64,000 nt of DNA from Octopus vulgaris (taxonomy: Eukaryota): the NCBI GenBank assembly GCA_951406725.2, contig OX597817.1, positions 172,670,001-172,734,000 of the forward strand, written 5' to 3'. Each line of letters opens with the position of its first letter. Position 1 is the first letter of the stretch. Shown in pieces: positions 25,330 through 38,577 of the stretch. The notes under the pieces are model-generated. The model saw only the letters and a program-made list of their open reading frames with translations, was not told the origin of the DNA and did no database searches. The position numbers were made by a program, and so were the translations under genes.

Positions 25330-26520
25330 ATGTATTCTGTTGGTCTCTTTTGCTGAACTGTTAAGTTATGGGAATGTAAATAAACTGACAGTGGTTGTCA
25401 AGCAGTGGTGGGGGACAAACACACATGCACACACACATGATGGGCTTCCACATAGTTTCCACTTACCAAATTTACTCACAACACATTGGTTGGACTGGGG
25501 CTGTAGTAGAAGGCACTTGCTCAAGATGCCTACTATGCAATGGGAGTGAACCCAGAACTATGTGGTTTGCAAAGTGAACATCTTAACCACACAGCCATTC
25601 CTGCTGAATTAATGCTAGAAAGTTATACTTGATAGATTTTCCAACTTTCATTTTCAAATATTCTTCTGGAATCTTATCTCTTCCACCCGTGTTTATCCAC
25701 TAGTAGGCCCTCTTACCCTTATTTGGTATTCCACCTACTTCTGGGACCATCACTACTTGACAACTTGCATTGGTATGTTTACATCCCCCATAAGTTAACG
25801 GTTCACTAAAAGAGACCAATAGAATAAATATCAGGCTTATAAAAAATAAGTATTGGGGTCGATTCGTTTGACCAAAATTCTTCAAGGTGGTGCTCCATCA
25901 TGACCACAGTCTAATGACTGAAACAAATAAAAGATAAAAGATACCACTTATTTCATAGTGAAAAAAAGAACTGATATTCTCTTTGTCTTTCATTTCTTTG
26001 GATTGTCTGACATAAATTTCCGAGTTACATGTTTAGTAATTTAATCATTTCCAGTTAGCTCTTTTGGAAGATTCAAATTCTCAACGTACCTAGGACTTGT
26101 GTTGAAAATATTTCTTGTCTGACTCATCGAGTCATTAAGAATGTAAAAAATTTTTTTATAGTGTTCCTAATTTATGTCACTATAGATTAACTTTTTTTTC
26201 CTTCTTTTTTTTGTTGTTGTTAATTTATGACTAATTTAATATATCAAATTCTGAAAAACTCTTTCAACAGCTTTTACAATTTAAAGTTGTCAACTCAATG
26301 CAAAGAAATGTTGATAAATCACATGTTGATAAAATTGCTCCTATAGAACAAACAACTCCTATTAGGTTTTAAATAAAATGCAACAGCATGGCTTTTTATA
26401 CAAATCATCATTGCTCTTAGAAATAGTGTACAGAAGTTAACGAGGCATTAAGATTATTATCTTAATTCTAAAATTTTATGTATCAAAATTGAAAAAAATT
26501 TTAAATTGTTGATTTATTAA

Positions 26521-27420
26521 ATTACAATATTTTTAAGCATTGGTCAACAGAAATTGTATTGTAGCTCACATCTGAAAGTGTTTAATTAAAAGCAAAACCT
26601 TTTTGAAAGGTATTGCTTCTCACATCATTATCATCATCATGAAGAATTATCAAAATATGAAGAGATATCAAAATTACAGTATTTTTAAGCATTGGTCAAC
26701 AGAAATTGTATTGTAGCTCACATCTGAAAGTGTTTAATTAAAAGCAAAACCTTTTTGAAAGGTATTGCTTCTCACATCATTATCATCATCATCATCATGA
26801 AGAATTATCAAAATATGAAGAGATATCAAAATTACAGTATTTTTAAGCATTGGTCAACAGAAATTGTATTGTAGCTCACATCTGAAAGTGTTTAATTAAA
26901 AGCAAAACCTTTTGAAAGGTATTGCTTCTCACATCATTATCATCATCATCATCATGAAGAATTATCAAAATATGAAGAGATATCAAAATTACAGTATTTT
27001 TAAGCATTGGTCAACAGAAATTGTATTGTAGCTCACATCTGAAAGTGTTTAATTAAAAGCAAAACCTTTTGAAAGGTATTGCTTCTCACATCATTATCAT
27101 CATCATCATCATGAAGAATTATCAAAATATGAAGAGATATCAAAATTACAGTATTTTTAAGCATTGGTCAACAGAAATTGTATTGTAGCTCACATCTGAA
27201 AGTGTTTAATTAAAAGCAAAACCTTTTTGAAAGGTATTGCTTCTCACATCATTATCATCATCATGAAGAATTATCAAAATATGAAGAGATATCAAAATTA
27301 CAGTATTTTTAAGCATTGGTCAACAGAAATTGTATTGTAGCTCACATTTGACAGTGTTTAATTAAAAATAAAACCTATTTGGAAGGCATTGCTTCTCACA
27401 TCATAATTCTTTATCATCAT
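26521..27420. repeat. Tandem array of ~5.8 units of 152-158 bp
   Basis: Units start at 26521, 26673, 26831, 26988, 27145 and 27297. They differ mainly in (CAT)n and T-run length; the last unit is diverged. Confidence 0.95.
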
Positions 27421-27962
27421 CATGATTATCATTTAACATCTGTCTTCCATGCTTGGTTCAACAGCATCTAATGAGTTGGAGGACTGCATCAAACTCTATT
27501 GTCTTCTTTGCCATGAATTCCCTGATTGGATGCTCTTCTTAATGCCAACCACTTTACAGACTGCACTAGGTACTTTTTTCATGGCAATAGCACTAATGGG
27601 ATTACCATGTAACCCACAAGATTAATGATCCCCTTTGGTTGAGTGGAAGTTTAGCAAAGTAGCCTTATACTAGGTGTTGAGAGGTCAAAGTATGACTGAG
27701 GCACAAAAACTGGGTTTTTTTTTGCTGTAGAGGAGATACATGGCCACCTCACATCATATTGGAGTGGAACTAGAATGGGACATATATAGTTAATTAGTGA
27801 AAAACAAAAAGAAAAATTATTTAGTGTATGAAACAGAACAATACATACAAAAATATTGTTTCTCGTTTTATTTGGGAGGCTTGCTCAGATATCTTTCACA
27901 GGCATTTTAATCTCTACTTTAATAAATTTTAAACAAATTAGAAAGTATGGCCTTTGACTTAA

Positions 27963-28428
27963 CCCCTTTGTTATATTTCTGTAGAAATACACTGCTTTTG
28001 TTTCAATTAATTTTGGAAAGGATGAAGAATTTAGTAAAATAACTTGGCCATTATTAAACTGATATTTGGAATATAAATTAACATGAACTTTTAATGGATA
28101 GTTTTAATCAAATTAAATCAGTTTAAAACAAGAAATTTGTATCATACAACCAAAGGCAGCCTTGGGCAGATTAGTTTCAAATCTGTTAAGGTCATTTGTT
28201 CTTCAACCCTTTCATTACCATATTTCTGTTAAAATTCAATGCTTTTGTTTCAATTAATTATTAAAATAATGAAGAATTTTATTAGAATAACTTTGTCCTT
28301 ATTAAGCTGTGTTTGGAGCATAAATTAACATGAAATTTTGATGGAAGATTTTCTTTCAGATCACTTTAAAACAGCAAATTATAATCATAGAGCCAAGGGC
28401 AGTCTTGGACAGGTCGGTATCAAGAGAG
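27963..28428. mobile_element. Two adjacent piggyBac-type MITEs (family 1-related)
   Basis: Two ~220-bp similar units, each starting ccct(tt) after TTAA/TCAA and ending at TTAA. Confidence 0.7.
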
Positions 28429-29096
28429 TTAACCATTTTTAGTTAGTTGGAAACATTGTGTTGCTAACCATGTGGAGTGCGGCTATAATCTGTAAGTTCA
28501 AGGTGTTACACAGAACAATATAAAAGAACATCCTAAATACTTTCTGGGAATCATTACTTGGATATATGTTATAAACAATGAACTGAACTGTATGCTGACT
28601 AATAGAGTTTGATGCCAAACTATGTTCGGAAGATTTTTTTTTTTTTAAGGCCAAAAAATACCCCACACCTGAGTAATTGCTGCTTCTCTCTAAGGCCCAA
28701 ATATTTCCTTCTGTTGAATATTATTTCTATGTCTGGGATGATTTGTCTACTCCCATTACTTCTGTTGCTCATATTCTACAGAATTGGTTTCCCAATTTTT
28801 TTTATTTTGTTCACGTCTCCCCTTCTGAATCTAACTTATCTCTGCGTCCACCTGCACCCCACCCCAGTAAGGGATACATTAAAAACAAACAAACAAACAA
28901 AGCAGTATGTTACCATGTGCAATGTTTAATTGCACAGCTGTATCAAATAAAAACAGTGTTTGTAGTAACTTACAAAAATGACCATTTCTAAGCTGATAAA
29001 ATTATGTATTAGTGAACAAAATTCTATAAAAACATAAAATTTACAGTAGGAAGCATAAAACTTTAAAGGCTGCCAAAAACAAACTTTAATAATTAA

Positions 29097-29505
29097 GGAG
29101 TGGCTGTGTGGTAAGTAGCTTGCTTACCAACCACATGGTTCCGGGTTCAGTCCCACTGCGTGGCACCTTGGACAGGTGTCTTCTACTATAGCCTCAGGCC
29201 GACCAAAACCTTGTGAGTGGATTTGGAAGAGGGAAGCTGAGATAAGCCTATCATATATATGTATATGTATGTATGTATGTATGGGCATATGTCTTTTTGT
29301 CTGTCCCCACCCCCCATCACTTGACAGCCAGTGCTGCTGTGTTTACATCTCATAACTTAGTGGTTCGGCAAAAGATACTGATAGAATAAATACCAGGTTT
29401 TAAAAATATAAGTTTTGGGGTCGATATGTTTGACTAAAACTTTTTCAAGGTGGTGCCCCGGCATGGCCACAGTCTAAAGCCTGAAACAAATAAAAGATAA
29501 AAGAT
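29097..29505 (+). mobile_element. SINE family A
   Basis: Full-length match with an (aagata)n tail. Confidence 0.85.
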
Positions 29506-31449
29506 AAGCTTCCATCTTTCAGGTTTTCCCAAACTTTATATTTTTTATATTGCCCAGAATTCTAAATCAGACATTTGTATGCAACTTCTTTTTTTCTGAG
29601 ACAGGATTAATGAGATAACAAATTCGCCAAATCTATATTACATTCTCTCTGTCCATTTCTTTCTTGCCAAAAGACCTCTGTCACCAGCTGTGGAGAATGT
29701 CCCACCCTCTTTGTAGAATATTCCACCCTCTTTGTATATTGTGTACAATGATTACATGGTTGTTTGTAAGAAGGAAGGAATTTCAGGTACATTTCAGCTG
29801 AATAATATTTATTTCCATATTTACAGCAGTGAATTATACATATTTGCAACAACAACAACAACAACAAAATTGTTAATTCTTATGTTTGATTTACAATGGT
29901 AGTTACAGACAGGTAATTCAAATAGGGTTGATATGGGTTAAATTAATTTTAGTCTTTGTTATATATAAATATTAATTAATATCAATGACAATGGTAGTTG
30001 GATTATTATTAAGTACTGCTAGATGTGTCTTTTTTTTTTATTCCTATATATCTGTTCTTGTATAAAACTGTTATTAAATTTAGAACAATGTGCTGAAGGA
30101 AGTAAACTATGTGGTACTGAACTAATAGAGCACATAATGAAGGTATTATGTAGAGTAATTATAAAGGTAGGTTAGTATTTATTTTCGTATTGCAGTATGG
30201 AACTGTCAAAGAAGTAATGTTTGGTTTAGTATAAGTAGTATATTATATTACTTAACAGAGTGGAAATAATTGCAGGTTTTTGTTTGCCTGGGTATAATAA
30301 GTGCTTAGCTGTGATTAAAAAGTGTTAAGGTATACATTAACCTTTTTTGATGCTAACATATTTGAGACCATCTTTGGTTCTATGATGTAAACTTCCTGAA
30401 TTAAAATGATCTAAATTAAAACCTTCCCTCAAAATTCCTTGCCAGCTTATTTATAGCAGTTTATTTTATTAAATTCTTCTTTATTTTCAAAAGAAACTGA
30501 AACAAAAGCAGTATATTTCAGTAGAAATTTTATAACAAAAGAGTTGAATTAATAAAAATTGGAGCTAAATTGAGGAATTATTAAGCAATAAATTTGCGCT
30601 ACTATTAAGCATTGATTAAGATTCTATTCTGTGTCCATTAGTTATAAAATTCAACAAACTCATTCATGCTCAGATGTTCAGAATAATTCTGTTCAGCTAA
30701 CAATTATTGCTATTAATGAATGAATTTATGAGAAGACTTTAGAAATCATTTTGTTGTAGAGAAAGAAAACTTGAGACTAAAGTAATCAAATGAATATGAC
30801 AAAGGCAAGGGTTTTAGTGAGTGACTTCAACAGATCTGAAGCATCAAGGAGCAGGTTTCTTTAGATATAGGAAATGTATATATATATATACATACATACA
30901 TGTATTTATATATATAAGCTCTCTGCTGTATAAACAATGCAATCAATGTGTTCCTGTAAAGTGTAGTAATATTTTTAGCAGATTGCCAAAATAGTTGCAC
31001 TCTAAATGTTCACAATACACTATGCAGTAGGTAGTGAATTCAACCCATTTGTAAAGGCCATGAATTGCAATAATGTAGCTCTTTCAAGAGAATATTTCTT
31101 TGTTGTGCTCTTTATCTTAATCAATGCTCCTGCTGAATGTAATGGTTAAGATCTATAGTGAGGATAAGATGTTTTTCACTAACTTTTCATAAAGCGACAT
31201 TTTGTGTGGAAAAGGTTAAATATATGACACTTGGACCAATAGTATTACAAAATAGCAAGAGGGTTGGCAAGCTGGTGTGGCTGTGTGGTAAGAAGCTTGC
31301 TTCCCAACTATATGGTTCCAGGTTCAGTCCTACTGTGTGGCATCTTGGGCAAATGTCTTCTACTATAACCCCAGGCTGACTAAAGCCTTGTGAGTGGATT
31401 TGGTAGATGGAAACTCAAAAAAGTCCATCATATATATACATATATATCT

Positions 31450-31775
31450 ATGTGGTTAGAGTGTCGAGCTTACAATTGTGAGTTCGATTCCCAGACTGGG
31501 CTGCACGTTGTGTTCTTGAGCAAGACACTTAATTTCACGTTGCTCCAGTTCACTCAGCTGTAGAAATGAGTTGCGACATTACTGGTGCCAAGCTGTATTG
31601 ATCAGCCTTTGCCTTTCCCTTGGATTACATCAGTGGTGTGGAGAGAGGAGGCTGGTATGCATGGGCGACTGCTGGTCTTCCATAAACAACCTTGCCCAGA
31701 CTTGTGCCTCAGAGAGGAACTTTCTAGGTGCAATCCCATGGTCATTCATGACCGAAGGGGGTGTTTACCCTTTTA
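31450..31775 (+). mobile_element. tRNA-head SINE family C (CORE-like central domain)
   Basis: ttgagcaagacactt..ctccagttcactcagctgtagaaatgag core. A minus copy lies at 47735-48056. Confidence 0.8.
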
Positions 31776-33371
31776 TTCACACCCACAGTCAAGTGACTGA
31801 AACAAGTAAAAGAGAAAAGACAGAAAAGAGTAATCAAATTAAGTATCAGTCATGTACTGGGGTTAATGATATTGATTAACCCCATTTCTTTCATATTTGC
31901 TGGCCTTGTGCCTGAATCAGAAAATTATAGAACAGCAAAAGCATTGAGTGAAATTCTAACAAGAAAACTCTTAGAGATTGGGATGAATCTTTTGATCGCT
32001 GGTTAGGATTTCCTATCGATTTTTCACTTGTCACATCTCATTGTTTGATCAGCTGAATGACCTACTCATTGAATTAACATGTAAAGTGGTTGAGTATCCC
32101 ACAGGCATGTACCTTTTAATGTAATTTTCAGGTAGAATTGGTATGATACATTTTAACAAAGCTTTACTTTTTTTGAATCACCAGTATAGTTCATTTGACA
32201 GGCTCCTGCAGGTTCTATCTATCTGGTTTCACTCTCAAGGTTCTGGTAAAGATACTTGCTTAACTCACTACATACTGGAATTGAAATCAGGACTTCATGG
32301 TTGTCAAGCAAACTTTTTAACCATTCAACCATGTCTAAGTCCATTTTGATAGTCTAGAATATAGGTAGGGTTGCCTTTGTAGAATTGAGGATGGGGGTGA
32401 ATTGCAACAATATAGGAACCTAAGTGGAGTTGGGGGCACATGTGTTCTAAGAAAAATAACGAACCTTAAATTCTACAAATTCATACATTTGTAAATTTTT
32501 AATATTAAATTGTCATAGCAACATGGTTTTGGGTTCAGTCCCACTGTGTGGCACTTTGGGCATGTGTCTTCCACTAAAGACCCAGACGGACCAAAACCTT
32601 ATGAAAGAAGCCTTTAATATATATATATATATATATATATATGTTTGCATGTCTTTGTTTTGACATCATATAATCACATGATGGTTATAAGTGAGTGTTA
32701 CCATCTTACTGGCAGTATCATTTGTTTTCTATCTTCCATGGAATCCTGTTTAGTCATGGGAGAAATATTATCTTGCTTGCAAACAGGTGAGGGCTGGGAA
32801 AAAGAAGGGCATCTAGCCTTAGAAAAATCTGTCAGAGCAAATTCTGTCTGATTTTTGCAAGCATGGAAAAGGAGGACATTAAAATGATGATGATGGTGGT
32901 GGTGACAGTGGTAGTGGTAACTGTTATGGTTGTTTTAACCATTTTTTCTGGTGTTTTAAGGGATTTTAGTGGGTTGTTTCAAATGTGAATCTAGATAAAA
33001 ATTTTTTCCAGCAGATGAGAAAGATTCCTCACTCCTTGTCTGTAAGTATATGAACTTAAAGGAAAATAGTTTTGTTTAAATATTTTTGTTTAACTAGTTA
33101 AATAGCTTTGTTTAACTGAGGCAGCGAGCTGGCAGAAACGTTAGTACACCAGGCGAAATGCTTAGCAGTTATTTCGTCTGCCATTACGTTCTGAGTTCAA
33201 ATTCCACTGAGAGCAACTTTGCCTTTCATCCTTTTGGGGTCGATAAATTAAGTACCAGTTACACACTGGGGTCGATGTAATTGACTTAATCCCTTTGTCT
33301 GTCCTTGTTTGTCCCCTCTGTTTTTAGCCCCTTGTGGGAAGTAAAGAAATAAGGAAAATAGTTTTGTTTAA

Positions 33372-33584
33372 CCCTTTAGCATTCAGATTACTCTGTCAAA
33401 TCTAACGCTTATTTATTCAGGTTGTTTTGAATTAATCATGGATTATCTAGAGGCTTTGTGATTTCAATGATGTGATTGTTTATGTTTAAAGTGACAATGT
33501 ACGGTAGGTGTGAGAGATTGGATCTGGTCATGTAAAACAGTTAGACTGTTTTGGCTGAATATGACCAATTTAAATGCTAAAGGG
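33372..33584. mobile_element. piggyBac-type MITE, family 2
   Basis: TTAA|ccctttagcatt..aatgctaaaggg. Related copies: 35703-35926, ~9910-10126 and ~42166-42370 (partial). Confidence 0.8.
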
Positions 33585-35702
33585 TAAATTTTACTCTGAT
33601 ACAAAAGTGTACTTGTGCCTGTGTCACACTTTCAAATGAAACATTGTATTTAATGAAGTAAATTATTTTGTAACAATGGAACTTAAAGTAGATGAAACTA
33701 TAAATAACAGCTTGTAGAATATTGGGTTAAAATACTCCTTTGATGAAAAAATGTAAAGGGTTGCTCATGGGACTTGAACCCACAACTTTAAACATGAGAG
33801 ATGTCCTATTATACCAAAGCAACACTTTGAATTTCCTCCGTCCTTTTTAGGAGCTTTGTTCTTACCAGCAAGAATTATAAGATGTTTATAGTATAAGAAT
33901 TTAGAAACCTAGGAAAACCTGAAATAAATTATGCCTTAACAGTGGGACTCAAAGTGGATAAAGCTATAAATAATAGTGTGTAGAAAGTTGGGTTAAAATA
34001 ATTTACTTCTTATAATGTAAACATATTTAATATTTTACTTCAGTTGCTACTGTACTTCCAGAAGGCAGCAGTTTTGGAAAAAAGCATTTAGTGCAAGATC
34101 AAGGGAGGTGGGGGTGGGGCATTGAGTTTAAGACTTGGTAGGAGTAAGAAGAGGAAGTATGTCAGATAGGTTTGCATGGAGACGGTATACAGGTATCTAG
34201 TTTACAGGAACCATTGCTGTCTTGGTAAAATAGTCAGAGAGATGAAACAGTATCTATGAGTTAGTAGCTGCTGCATGTTGATGAAGTTTTTTTTTTTTTT
34301 CCAATCAATTAATTTACCAAGTATTGATATTTCACCCTACCCCATTCTTACTTGCATAGCATTTTCCCCGAATGCCACCATGCAGTGTCACTTTTACAGT
34401 CGAAAAGATATTGAATCTCTCTTGCAAGTTTTAAATATCTTAAATATGTTGTCCTCTTACTCGATTTTTGTAACATGAATCACCATTTTCATTTGTACTG
34501 AATCTCTTCTAGTCCTCCACCTCCGAGTGCTGACTTGGCTTCTCTAAATTGCAATTTTTGGAAAGGTGTCAGCTGAAGGTAGTTTTCTTTACAAAATGTT
34601 AGTTTTGGTTTTAGTTTTTGTACGGAGACACTCCTCTGCACACGGATTGATCTGACTCAATAGTGTTTGTAGTGCAGAGAAATCTTTTTGTTCGTAACCA
34701 AGACATCCTTGTCTCACCTAAACATTAGCAACAATAAGAGTTAATTAGTTTTAGTTCTTGGTATTGTTATTATCTTCGATGTGTCATTGACATTATTCGT
34801 TGAGGTTTATCTAAGATAACTAATTTGGTGTGGATTATCTTTACTAACTTGTAGGTAACCAGTTGTTCAACTCATGTTTTGAATGCCATGATATATATTA
34901 CACAACTATTGTGCTTTATATTTATTGTTCTATTTCTATTAAAACACAAAAATAGCTCTCTGGGTACCTATCAACCGACCATGTTAAGGTCAGCTATTAT
35001 GAAAGTGCTATCATTTCATTTATTTTCAAACTAGCTACCTTTGTCTTTCAAAGAACAGGATTTGCTTTAGATCAACTTGAGATCTTTACTTCTCAGCCAT
35101 GTGGTTTTGGGTTTAATCCTACTGTGTGGCACTTTGACCAAGTGTTCTCTACCATAGCTCTAGTTTGGTCAAAGCCTTGTGAGTGAATTTGGAAGATGGA
35201 ATCTGAAAGAAGCCCAACATATGTGTATGTATGAGTACACGTGTATGTTTGTGTCTCCTTATGATATCATATTATTGTTGTAAAGAGTATCACTTTCATA
35301 GAATCAGTGTCATTCATTTTAATATTCTGTGAAAATATGTTTGACCAAGGGAAATATCTTGCTTGGAAACAGATGAGAGCTGGTAATAAGAAGAGTATCT
35401 GGCCATAGGAAATTTGTTTCAATAAACTCTGTCTGACCTGTACATCATCATCGTCACCGTTTAATGTCTGCCTTCCATGTTAGCATCCTCGAAAATAATA
35501 ATCGTGATACGTTTACTATTTGGTCTGCAATATTTTCTGTTATTTGAATTTTAATATAACTTGCTGCCCTTTTTTTTTTTCAAAGCAAATCTTGTATCTG
35601 TGCTCTTTTCTTCATCCTTTTTTTTTTTTTTTGTAATTTCCTCACAGATCTCTCTAGAATAGCTTATGTTGCCAGAACTATCTCTAACCTACATTCTATA
35701 AA

Positions 35703-35926
35703 CCCTTTAGCATTTAAACCAGCCACATGCTGCCCAAATACTCTACCTGTTTTATCTTCAGACCAGCCAGGTCTGGCCTCTCGCACCTACTCTACAATGT
35801 CATTCCAAATATAATCAAGCAGATCAGCAAAATTCTCAAAACTCTGAGATAATACATGAATAATTCAAGACAGTGTGAATAAATAAGTATTACTACATTT
35901 GATAAAATAATCCAAATGCTAAAGGG
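35703..35926. mobile_element. piggyBac-type MITE, family 2
   Basis: ccctttagcattt..aaatgctaaaggg|TTAA. Confidence 0.8.
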
Positions 35927-35929
35927 TTA

Positions 35930-36930
35930 AGGCTGGTGTATCCCAAGTTTCAGTTATGCACCCTCACCTTTTCTTCTGTACAATTAATAATGACCCACAA
36001 GCTATCATGTCTAACAAACAATACACACTTATGCGGATGACATAACTATTTTCTGTTTTTTGGGTTTTTTTTTACCTCTTTGATGCAACCATCATTCACA
36101 GACATCTTAGATATTCATTATTAAAATTACTTTGAAAATACCCTTCAGTTGGAACATAACCACCCAGTCCCTTTCAACAGCACAAAGACATAATTCCTAC
36201 CCATAACTACACTCGCGGAGTGGTTGGCGTTAGGAAGGGCATCCAGCCGTAGAAACACTGCCAGATCTGACTGGGCCTGATGAAGCCTTCCAGCTTCACA
36301 GACCCCAGTTGAACCGTCCAACCCATGCTAGCATGGAAAACGGACGCTAAATGATGATGATGATAATGATGATGATGATATTAAGGGAATAATTATTTCA
36401 ATAATTCTTTTACACCCTCTCTATACATAAACCACAAATAAAATCCCCAAAGCTACCAAGATATTACATGATTTCTCAGACTGACGAAAATTGCATCCCA
36501 AAGATTAGATCAGAGACAATAAGTACTTCAGTCCTGATCAATTTCTTACTTAATACAAAGCCTAAACATACTGCGAGTATGGTTAGTACGTGTAGAGTAG
36601 TGCTGCTGTTACACACACACAACATCCATTCAGCTGATTGGCAAACATTCAGTCATTATTAGTTTGCCACAAACACAAGCTCACAAATACTGCTACAACA
36701 ATTGCAAAGGCTTTTGTTCCTCTGAACTGGTTAAATTCCCTTTCCACCCAGACCCATCTGGAACATCTGTCTCTTCTCACTCCTATTGTGTTTCACTCCC
36801 TGAGGTTTTTTTTTTTTCTTCCTTTTTTTTTTTTTTTGCACAGAACTGTTTTCTCAGTCCTTCCTGCCTAGAATTTCTGCATTGTAGAATTCCTTTCCTG
36901 CCCACATTTTTTTCCTGTAGACACCAGAGT
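35930..36930 (+). mobile_element. Decayed LINE RT fragment (Jockey/CR1-like), interrupted by a (GAT)n-tailed insert
   Basis: AGVSQ.S..HP..F and tatgcggatgac (YADD) near 36030. Confidence 0.45.
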
Positions 36931-37302
36931 CTGTAGGTGTCAAAACGGGGACAACAACAACCAACCAACCAACCACATAAAATCTCGCATGTCTGGGAGG
37001 GGTTTTCTTCTAACCGAAAGTTAGGTCGAAGATAACTTGGAGAAAGATCACAATAATCCGAAGGAAGTTAGGCGTAACAGAAGACAGAGGAAAAGAATAA
37101 AGAAAATATCCAGAGCAAAGAATATTCAATGTGAATAATGTTGATGACAGATGCAGATATTATTGATTATACTTTCTTCTATATCTACACATCATCAAGA
37201 TATATATATATATATATATAAAATGTTTAGTTGAATGATCAGAATAGAATTCAATACATGAGTGTGTGTGTGTGTGTTTATACATACATATATGTATGTA
37301 TG

Positions 37303-37333
<31 letters not shown>

Positions 37334-37486
37334 TTTTTGTGAAATAGAAAGATGAATAATCTTGTTGCAGATTAATCAAAAGATACATTGATAAACAGTT
37401 TGGCCATGGGCTCTTAGGAGCCTCGTTCGTTTTGTTTTGCTCCGCCTCTGTTCTGTTTTTGTTTTTTCCAACGGATTTCCTATTTC

Positions 37487-37566
37487 TTCCTGAAGAGAAA
37501 GACACAATATGGTCCCATTATTCAATCAGAATTTGGTAAATTGTGCCTTTCGAAACACGTGTAGAA
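37487..37566 (+). ncRNA. Type I hammerhead ribozyme motif with intact core (minimal, Penelope/retrozyme style)
   Basis: ttc-CTGAAGA-gaaagacacaat..(31 nt)..attgtgcctttc-GAA-acacgtgt-A-gaa. Palindromic stem III, GUA cleavage triplet, AATAAA at 37570-37575, and the element is flanked by (TA)n. Confidence 0.75.
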
Positions 37567-37894
37567 TGCAATAAAACGATTTCTGTTTAATCTTCGTTCA
37601 ACTCCATTTCTTCAATTCACTAATAATATTATATATATATATATATATATATGTATCAATGTTGTGCGATTGATTGTGATGGAGCAGTTGGTTGTCCTGT
37701 TGCGTAAGCTGGCTTGGATACAAAACAGGAAGCCAAACAATAATCAATAATAAAGTTTAATAATTTTTCTACCAAATTCTCTTCGTCCCACGTCAAAAGT
37801 ATAAAGTAAACTTGATTAGGACGACAACTGCTATACAACTCCAGTATGAAAACAACTAACATACATACATATATACACTGGTGTATATATGTAT

Positions 37895-38526
37895 GCATGT
37901 ATATATGTGTATATATATGTGTACATATTACATGTACATCTCTCTCTCTCTATATATATTTATACATGTACATATATACATGTAAACATCTATATCTATA
38001 GAAATACATCTATACATATCCATCTATACATATACAGCTATAAATATACATGTATACATACACATCTATACATATACATGAATATATACACATCTATATA
38101 TATATACACGTATATATATACATTTGTGCAGATGTATGCATATATATATATATATATATATATACATACATAATATATAATATATCATATATATGTATGT
38201 ATACCTGTATATATGTGAGATATTAGTTTCACTTTAATAGTTTCAGTATTAAATTGAAACTATTAAAGTTAAAGTATCTGACATTATGATAGAGAGATGT
38301 TATTGTTTCACTTTTGACATGTAATACTGAAATAGTGGAGAAGATATGATACTGCTGTGGGCTCGCACTAGGCAAGAAGTTAAGAAATTTTTTTGCCTAT
38401 GACACTACATGAACCCTAAGTAAGGCATGTGTAAAATTTGAATGAAATTGCTTGTGTAGTTCTCAAGTTTTAGGGATTCACACAGATACACAGACAGACA
38501 CACATTCTCATCTTTATATATATAGA

Positions 38527-38577
<51 letters not shown>

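Noticed and set aside
26639-26716. Repeated 25-codon ORF MKNYQNMKRYQNYSIFKHWSTEIVL in the tandem array
   Set aside because: Too short, with no expression signals; a by-product of the repeat.
34513-34578. Possible 66-nt cassette exon (ttctag|..|gtagtt)
   Set aside because: Stop codons occur in all three frames.
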